Origin: an uncultured Elusimicrobia bacterium
GTDB lineage: Bacteria > Elusimicrobiota > Elusimicrobia > UBA1565 > UBA9628
DNA length: 38,552 nucleotides
Direction: 5' to 3'
NCBI GenBank assembly: GCA_903874575.1
Contig: CAIQSZ010000370.1
Location: 1 to 38,552 of the forward strand
The first letter of the stretch is position 1; the number at the start of each line of letters is the position of its first letter. The translations under genes were made by a program, and so were the position numbers. The notes under the pieces are model-generated. The model had not been told where the DNA came from. It made no database searches and saw only the letters and a list, made by a program, of their open reading frames with translations. Below are positions 32,537 through 38,552 of this stretch, one piece after another.

Positions 32537-33558
32537 TGGAAACGAGGCTGTGCGGCCGATGCGTTCTTCCCGAGTCCGCGCCGGACATCCATCTGGATTC
32601 GCAGGGGGTTTGCAACCTCTGCCGCGATCACGAGAAGCGCCGTCCGGAGGCGGGGGCTTCGCGTCTTTTGGAATCGGACTTCACGAAGATCATTGAGAAG
32701 CACCGCGGACGGCATGAGTTCGATTGTCTCGTGATGTGCAGCGGCGGCAAGGACAGCACGGCGGCTCTCTATTACGCCAAGCGTCGCTATAAACTCAATG
32801 TCCTGGCATTTACCTTCGACCATGGATTCGAGACGGAGGAAGCCCTCGACAACGTCCGCCGCGCCGTCGAGACGCTCGACGCGACGTTTCTGACCTACCG
32901 GTCGACCTTCATGCGCGACATGTTCGCCAGACTTTTGAAGTCGGGCTCTCCCGCGGTCATCTGCCACGTCTGCGCGATCTGGTACATGGGCCTGACCTAT
33001 CGGATGGCCGAGCGCTTCGACGTCCCCCTGATCATCGCCGGCTGGACCAAGGGGCAGATGACCTCTCAGCCGGTCCTGACCAAGTGCGCCTGCAACCTGG
33101 CGGCGCCCGAATACGCTCGGATGGGACGGGCGACGAAGGACTTTCTCGCCGGACTGAAGGACGACCCCAAGTACAAGGATTTCCCGGGGAGCATCGAGGA
33201 GGTCGTCGCTCGGGCTCAGAAGCGCCATAAATCGCTCGTCCTTTCTCCCCACTGGTTCCTGCCCTACTCCGCCGACGAATACGTCCCCGTCATCGAGAAG
33301 GAACTGGGCTGGCGCCAGCCGCGCCTCAGCTATCCGGCCAAGACCACGAATTGCGCCCTCAATTTCATCTCGGTGCAATGGGCGTTGAAGCACTACGGCT
33401 ACACGCATTACCATGTGGAGATGAGCAAGCTTATCCGCGAGGGTTTGCTGACCCGCGAGGAGGCGCTGGAGCAGTTGCGCGCCGACTTCGACCCCGAATT
33501 GCTCAACCGCATCGCGGGGCCCCTGGGGTTCCGGTTCCCGGATCGGACGGGCGCATGA
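32536..33558 (+). CDS. PP-loop ATP pyrophosphatase family protein (N-acetyl-sugar amidotransferase / WbuX-PseA-like architecture)
   Basis: N-terminal zinc ribbon CGRCVLPES...GVCNLC, PP-loop VMCSGGKDST and a conserved CHVC. TGATG overlap with the tusA-like gene. Confidence 0.7.
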   Translation: METRLCGRCVLPESAPDIHLDSQGVCNLCRDHEKRRPEAGASRLLESDFTKIIEKHRGRHEFDCLVMCSGGKDSTAALYYAKRRYKLNVLAFTFDHGFETEEALDNVRRAVETLDATFLTYRSTFMRDMFARLLKSGSPAVICHVCAIWYMGLTYRMAERFDVPLIIAGWTKGQMTSQPVLTKCACNLAAPEYARMGRATKDFLAGLKDDPKYKDFPGSIEEVVARAQKRHKSLVLSPHWFLPYSADEYVPVIEKELGWRQPRLSYPAKTTNCALNFISVQWALKHYGYTHYHVEMSKLIREGLLTREEALEQLRADFDPELLNRIAGPLGFRFPDRTGA

Positions 33559-33716
33559 AGAAGCTCGTCTTGATCCTGCGCGAGGCCTTCCATTTGGTCC
33601 GGCGGCATAAGTTTTATTTTCTTCTCCCGATATTTCTCGTGCTCGCCGCCCTGGCGTTCCTGGCTTATGAGATCGGGCCGGCCGTCGTCGTCTCCTTCAT
33701 CTACGCGGGACTATGA
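33555..33716 (+). CDS. DUF5989-like small membrane protein
   Basis: The 53-aa MKKLVLILREAFHLVRRHKFYFLLPIFLVLAALAFLAYEIGPAVVVSFIYAGL fits the pattern I recall for this family: a basic stretch, then LLPI..VL...., ending FIY..L. That family usually neighbours carbamoyltransferases. ATGA overlaps on both sides. Confidence 0.6.
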   Translation: MKKLVLILREAFHLVRRHKFYFLLPIFLVLAALAFLAYEIGPAVVVSFIYAGL

Positions 33717-35404
33717 CTTCCCGAGTTCTCGGCCTTTCCTGCCACTACCACGACTCGGCGGCTTGTCTGATGGAGGCGGGCGGCATCGTCGCCGCGGCTC
33801 AAGAGGAACGCTTCCTCCGTAGGAAGAACGCTTCGGGGTTTCCTCTGCACGCGCTCAACTACTGCCTCCAGGCGGGGGCAATCACCGTCTTGGACCTCGA
33901 CGCGGTCGCGTTCTACGAGAAGCCGTTTCTGAAGTTGGCCCGCGTTCTCGAAAGCCACCTGGACTCCTGGCCCCGATCATTCGGTTCTTTCCGGCGGACC
34001 ATGGCGCACTGGCTGGACGATCGTCTGACCCTGCCGCTGTCGTTGAAGTCGCGACTCGGCTTCTCCGGCCGGACGTTTTTCGTCAAGCACCACCTGGCCC
34101 ACGCGGCCTCTGCCTTCTACCCGTCCGGCTTCGAGGAGGCTGCGGTCCTCACCGTCGACGGCGTCGGCGAGTGGGCGACCGTGACCAGGGGGCACGGCGC
34201 GGGCAATCGTCTGCGCATCGATTCCGAGATGCGCTTTCCTTCCTCGCTCGGGCTTCTCTATTCGGCCGTGACGAGTTATCTCGGATTCGAAGTCCATGAA
34301 GGAGAGGGAACGGTGATGGGCTTGGCCGCCTATGGCAGCCCCGTTTTCCTGGATCGTTTGCGGGGGATCGTCCCGTCGACGCCCGACGGCGGATTCATGC
34401 TCGATCGCGGCTGGTTCGATTTCAGCGGGGATGGGAAGATGTATACGCCGCGCTTCGTCGAGGCTTTCGGTCCCGAGCGCGTTCCCGGAGGCCCTCTGGG
34501 GGAGCGTCACTGCGATATGGCGGCCAGCCTGCAGAGCCTCACGGAGGAAATTCTCCTGCGTTTGACCCAAGGCCTGCGCGCGCAAACCAAGTGCGAGTCC
34601 CTCTGTCTGGCGGGCGGGGTAGCCCTCAATTGCGTGGCCAACCAGAAAATTCTCGACTCGTCCGGATTCAAGAAGGTCTTCGTCCAGCCCGCGGCGGGCG
34701 ACGCGGGCGGCTCCCTAGGAGCGGCCGCTTTCGTCAGTCACGCCTTGTGGGGTCATCCGCGGCCGGCTCGGATGAGTCCCTACCTCGGGCCGGACTGCAG
34801 CGCGTCTCGGATCAGAAGGGTTCTGACCAACGCCGGGCTGGACTTCCGCGAATTATCGGAAAAAGAGTTATGCCGAGAAACGGCCGCCAGGCTGGCGCGG
34901 GGTAAAGTGGTAGGCTGGATGCAGGGCCGCATGGAATTCGGTCCGCGGGCTTTGGGCAACCGTTCGATTCTCGGCGACCCGCGCCATCCGAGGATGAAGG
35001 AAATAATCAACGAGCGGGTAAAGCGACGGGAGGAATTCCGTCCCTATGCGCCCGCGGTGCTCGCGGAGGCAGCGAGAGACTTCTTCGAGCTCGAGGGAGA
35101 CAGCCCCTTCATGCTTTTCGCGCCTCGCATCCGCGAGGAGAAAAAATCCGTTCTTCCCGCCGTCGCCCATCCCGACGGTTCGGCGCGCGTGCAGACCGTG
35201 CGCGAGGCGGACAACCCCAGGTTCCATCGCCTGATCGCTTCGTTCGGAGAACTGACCGGCGTTCCCGTGGTCGTCAATACCTCGTTCAACCGCAGGGGCG
35301 AACCGATGGTCTGCGCCGCGGAGGAGGCCGTCGCCGTTTTTAAGGAGAGCCGGATGGACTGCCTCGCCGTCGGCGACTTCTTCGTGGAGCGCGATGGGAA
35401 TTAA
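33713..35404 (+). CDS. carbamoyltransferase (NodU/CmcH family)
   Basis: N-terminus VLGLSCHYHDSAACL...AAQEERFLRRKN, VKHHLAHAASAFY, LCLAGGVALNC, and C-terminal domain motifs GRMEFGPRALGNRSILGDPR, RPYAP and VNTSFN. Confidence 0.85.
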   Translation: MTSRVLGLSCHYHDSAACLMEAGGIVAAAQEERFLRRKNASGFPLHALNYCLQAGAITVLDLDAVAFYEKPFLKLARVLESHLDSWPRSFGSFRRTMAHWLDDRLTLPLSLKSRLGFSGRTFFVKHHLAHAASAFYPSGFEEAAVLTVDGVGEWATVTRGHGAGNRLRIDSEMRFPSSLGLLYSAVTSYLGFEVHEGEGTVMGLAAYGSPVFLDRLRGIVPSTPDGGFMLDRGWFDFSGDGKMYTPRFVEAFGPERVPGGPLGERHCDMAASLQSLTEEILLRLTQGLRAQTKCESLCLAGGVALNCVANQKILDSSGFKKVFVQPAAGDAGGSLGAAAFVSHALWGHPRPARMSPYLGPDCSASRIRRVLTNAGLDFRELSEKELCRETAARLARGKVVGWMQGRMEFGPRALGNRSILGDPRHPRMKEIINERVKRREEFRPYAPAVLAEAARDFFELEGDSPFMLFAPRIREEKKSVLPAVAHPDGSARVQTVREADNPRFHRLIASFGELTGVPVVVNTSFNRRGEPMVCAAEEAVAVFKESRMDCLAVGDFFVERDGN

Positions 35405-35627
35405 GGCGGCCCTGGCGCGCGCGGCGCAGCGCTCAGCCGACGTCATGCGTTCCGCCCTGCTTTCGGCGGGGCTCTTCGTCGTGTATTTTCTCGGGATGGG
35501 GCTGACGCGCGCGCTGGCGGTACTGTTCGGCGGGCGGACGCGCGCGTCCAGCTTTCGCGAGGATCCGGCTTGGCGCCCCGCCGAGGGGTATGACTCCGAC
35601 GAGGAATCCTGCCTCAGGCAGTCCTAA
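35394..35627 (+). CDS. small membrane protein, hypothetical (possibly SxtJ-like companion of the carbamoyltransferase)
   Basis: The 77-aa ORF overlaps the carbamoyltransferase end by 11 nt and has one hydrophobic stretch, LLSAGLFVVYFLGMGLTRALAVLFG. Family assignment is weak. Confidence 0.4.
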   Translation: MGIKAALARAAQRSADVMRSALLSAGLFVVYFLGMGLTRALAVLFGGRTRASSFREDPAWRPAEGYDSDEESCLRQS

Positions 35628-35640
35628 GTCTTCGCGGCTT

Positions 35641-37011
35641 TCAGCGTGCTGCCGGCCGGAGGTCCGCTTTAAGAATTTGCTTGGAGAGATTTCCCACCAG
35701 CAACTTGACGCCCTTGGGGCTGAGATGCCCGAAGTCTCCGCCGTACTGGTCGGCGAACAATTCCGTGAACGGCGTCTTGCGCAGGGCCTTCTTGAACGGC
35801 GCCTCGTTATCGACGAAACGGATCCCTTCCAGTCCGACGAGGGATTTTTTCAGCATGGAGACCCGCCGGACCGGATATTGCATCCAGAACAACGGCAGTT
35901 TTCGAGACAGAATCTTCTGCGCCGTCTCCCGGTTATGGTCCGGGTTGGAGGAGTCGGCGACGAGCGCTTCCAATAATTCGTCCGCTTTATCAAAATAAAG
36001 CCGGGCTTGCGCCTCGTCGCCGCGGGACAGGGCGAGGATGGCGTAGCAGCGCAGCAGGCGGTCGTCGGGAACATAGCCCGACCGTAAATGAGGATGGAGA
36101 CTGCCGGCGCCGACTTGATCGCCATCCTCCAGGTAGAGATAAGAAAGGGAAGCGAAATCGTCCCAGTCGGCGCCGGGCATAGCCACCGCTTTCTGCATCA
36201 GTCGTCGCGCTTCATCGTGGTTGCGGTGGGTGTAATGGGTCCAATAGGCGGCTTTCAGAAGTCTCCGGTCCTCGGGATATTCCCGCATCCCTCGATTTAG
36301 GAGGTCCAGGGCGGTTTCGGCGTCGGAACGTTCGAGCGCTTGCGCCGCCCGCCGCAGGTAGAACAGCGGCCCGTGCTCGGCGCCGCCCGCCGCTTTCTTG
36401 AGGAGTTCAGTGGCCTTGCGGTAGTCTCTGCCGATGAAGTAGTGAATGCCGGCGTCGGCGTCGTTTGCCCGCCAATCAGCGCTTTGCGAGTCCGCTCCGA
36501 GGTCCTGTTTCTGCCGAAGCTGTTCCGCCGCCGTCGCCGCCAGCCTCGCGGTCCGAGATTTCCACCACCAATACCGCTGCGGGCTTTTTCGGTAAAAGCC
36601 GGCGTCGGCGCCGATCATCACGATGACAGCGTCCGGATGGTAGGCGTTTAGATTTTCGTCCACGTGCGCGGCGATGAAAAGGGAGCCGATCCCCGGACGG
36701 CTGCGATCGATGATCCGATAATGGACGCGGCGGTCGAGGCGGTTGAGTTCGTCCTCCAGTTGTGCGGGATAGCCTCCGATGAACGTCATCGAGTCTCCGA
36801 GGCACAAGATTCGGACTTCGTCGGCGGGGGCGGCGCCGGTCGCGGCCCTCCCCCGGAGCAGGGTTCCGAGCGTACTGGAAATCCAAAGGGTCGACTCGAG
36901 GAGAATCGCCGCAACGACCGCCCCGAGCAGGGCGGCGGCGATCTTCTGCTGGGCGGAGGACATTCTTGGAGAGGGAGTTCCGTTCGAACCCGGGATAGAG
37001 CTTGGTTCCAT
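35641..37011 (-). CDS. SGNH/GDSL hydrolase-like protein interrupted by a TPR-like helical region
   Basis: N-terminal TM, then the ILCLGDSMT GDS block. A central helical repeat region contains RDYRKATELLKKA and HDEARRLMQKAV. The C-terminal GGDFGHLSPKG resembles the SGNH block V D-x-x-H. An alternative start lies at 36963. Confidence 0.55.
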   Translation of the reverse strand: MEPSSIPGSNGTPSPRMSSAQQKIAAALLGAVVAAILLESTLWISSTLGTLLRGRAATGAAPADEVRILCLGDSMTFIGGYPAQLEDELNRLDRRVHYRIIDRSRPGIGSLFIAAHVDENLNAYHPDAVIVMIGADAGFYRKSPQRYWWWKSRTARLAATAAEQLRQKQDLGADSQSADWRANDADAGIHYFIGRDYRKATELLKKAAGGAEHGPLFYLRRAAQALERSDAETALDLLNRGMREYPEDRRLLKAAYWTHYTHRNHDEARRLMQKAVAMPGADWDDFASLSYLYLEDGDQVGAGSLHPHLRSGYVPDDRLLRCYAILALSRGDEAQARLYFDKADELLEALVADSSNPDHNRETAQKILSRKLPLFWMQYPVRRVSMLKKSLVGLEGIRFVDNEAPFKKALRKTPFTELFADQYGGDFGHLSPKGVKLLVGNLSKQILKADLRPAAR

Positions 37012-37092
37012 GTGCCTGGGTGTATACTACCAACGAAGTAGCGCCGAGAAAATGTATAACCCTCTGCGATAGGACGGTTTAACGGGCTAATT

Positions 37093-37752
37093 ATGAGATC
37101 ACGGGCGCTTTCACGATGGGCGCGGCGGGCGTGGTTGTTATGGACGGGCGTTCTGGCGGCGGCCTCGAGCGGACCTCCCGGGCGCAGGCCTGAGGCTCAG
37201 AGTAGCCCGCGGCTTTCGCGCCACGAAATTTGCGTGGCTGTAGCTCAGGGCGACCCTGCGGGATGTCGTCATCTTCCTCACTATCCGGGGAGGTCCGGCG
37301 ACTGCCTGCTGTTTTTGAGCCTCAAACTCGCGGCGAAAGGAGACACGCGCGCCTGCGATATAAATACGACGGCGTTCGACCGCCTGTTCTGCGCGATGAT
37401 CGCCGGCGGCGGACTGAGGTGCGGCGACTTGCGCGCGTCGGCCGCGGCCCACGACGCGGCAAGGAGCCATTTCGATCCGGCCGAGAGGCTCATTCGAGCG
37501 TGCGAGCGTCTCGATTCCGAGCGCATCGCCGAATGTCGGGCTTCCGTCCGGTCCGGCGTGGTGTCCGATGAATGCTTGATAGCGCTCAATCTCCTCGCTT
37601 ATCAAAAGCGTGATATAGGCCTTTGCGCCGGGCTCCCCGATCTCCGCTCGCGGGAAAATTGCCGCGTTATGCTGGGGGGAGGCGTCGACGCTTGCTCTCG
37701 GAGCGTTGATTTCGAACACATCGATCCGCCATGGTGGGTCAAGAAAAGATGA
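37093..37752 (+). CDS. secreted Cys-rich hypothetical protein
   Basis: Signal-like N-terminus RRAWLLWTGVLAAASS. About 14 Cys in recurring D/R-x(2-4)-C contexts (GDPAGC, GDTRAC, RDIGLC, SRENC, GVDAC), resembling the 21117..22289 protein. Confidence 0.5.
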   Translation: MRSRALSRWARRAWLLWTGVLAAASSGPPGRRPEAQSSPRLSRHEICVAVAQGDPAGCRHLPHYPGRSGDCLLFLSLKLAAKGDTRACDINTTAFDRLFCAMIAGGGLRCGDLRASAAAHDAARSHFDPAERLIRACERLDSERIAECRASVRSGVVSDECLIALNLLAYQKRDIGLCAGLPDLRSRENCRVMLGGGVDACSRSVDFEHIDPPWWVKKR

Positions 37753-38552
37753 CTTGTCCGGGGGAGCGGCACAACAGGAGCGGCTTCGCGCCCGACGTCA
37801 TCCGGTTCATGCTCATCGCGGGCGTTTCACTGGCGCTCGTCCTGGTCTTTTTCGCCGCGCGCGCATACCGGCATCCGACCGGCATTGTGATTCTCGAGGG
37901 AGATTGGACGAGGGAATTGGATAGGGAGATCGGGTTCGTTCCCGTGAAGAACGGCTCTTCGCGAATGCGAAACCTCTTTGCCGGCCTCAGCTATGACATA
38001 TTCACGGACGACCGGGGGGGGCGAGTCAACTCTCCGGGGCTTAAAGCTCCCGGACGAGTCGACCTTCTGACGCTGGGATGCTCTTTTGCGTGGGGACAGG
38101 GCGTCGATAACCGCAACACCTACACCGAGAGGCTGGGAAGACGCCTGGGGCTCGCGGTGGAGAACTTGGCGGTGCCCGAATACGGCACCGTGCAGTCGCT
38201 TTTAATGCTTGAGCGGAACGCGGCGCTTAAGCCGCGGGTGGTGGTCTACGGGATCATCGAGGACCACCTGAGACGGAACTTGTCTCCGTGCGTCGAAGAC
38301 TTCTATGCCCGGCGTTGCGTCCCTGTCCCGTATGTGGCGCTCGGCGGCGGCGAGGATGTGTTCCTGCACGAAGCGGAGCCGGAACGCGTCTCGATGGAGG
38401 AAATCCGAAAGTACTACCGGGAAAGCCTGGTCGAAACCTATCCCAGCCTGAATAGCGCTCTCTGGCAGATTCGCCGGGATTATAACGCCGTCGTGAACGG
38501 GCTGAGGCATCGATACAAGAACGACGTCGAGACCAGGTCGAAGTCCATCGAC
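37749..38552 (+). CDS. membrane-anchored SGNH-hydrolase-like protein, 3'-truncated by the window end
   Basis: An open frame runs from the ATG at 37749 (ATGA overlap with the upstream stop) to the window end with no stop; I translated it by hand. TM segment FMLIAGVSLALVLVFFAA. The LLTLGCSFAWGQGV block resembles SGNH block I, with Cys-Ser in place of Asp-Ser. Confidence 0.5.
   Translation, partial: MTCPGERHNRSGFAPDVIRFMLIAGVSLALVLVFFAARAYRHPTGIVILEGDWTRELDREIGFVPVKNGSSRMRNLFAGLSYDIFTDDRGGRVNSPGLKAPGRVDLLTLGCSFAWGQGVDNRNTYTERLGRRLGLAVENLAVPEYGTVQSLLMLERNAALKPRVVVYGIIEDHLRRNLSPCVEDFYARRCVPVPYVALGGGEDVFLHEAEPERVSMEEIRKYYRESLVETYPSLNSALWQIRRDYNAVVNGLRHRYKNDVETRSKSID

Overview
GC-rich bacterial window (about 65% GC by eye) with very tight gene packing and many 1-4 nt start/stop overlaps. 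The left third holds housekeeping genes: a tRNA-Leu-like fragment, psd-pssA-dut, a zinc-ribbon protein and tmk-holB-metG on the minus strand. Next come a type IV pilin-like trio, including an 869-aa pilin-anchored surface protein, then two GT-C-like membrane proteins and class II ribonucleotide reductase nrdJ. The standout is a roughly 18-kb co-directional plus-strand operon (about 17.25-35.6 kb) built around a His-Xaa-Ser repeat precursor, HxsA, with 29 consecutive H-x-S triplets. The recognisable core is hxsD-hxsB-hxsA-hxsC, but it is greatly expanded. The operon contains eight CX3CX2C radical-SAM domains in seven proteins, and a ninth lies on a divergent gene. Five of these domains are HxsC-like paralogs. 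There are two unusual fusions: rSAM plus SAM-methyltransferase, and class-B-like rSAM plus HxsC-like rSAM. The operon also encodes a HemN-like rSAM, an A24 prepilin-peptidase-like membrane protease and secreted Cys-rich proteins. It ends with a NifS-like/TusA-like/PP-loop ATPase trio and a carbamoyltransferase module. The product and function of Hxs-type systems are, to my knowledge, uncharacterised, and this expanded architecture is the best candidate for a novel RiPP-like maturation system. The right edge carries SGNH-hydrolase-like and Cys-rich secreted protein genes. All functional calls come from motif reading by eye, with no database search.
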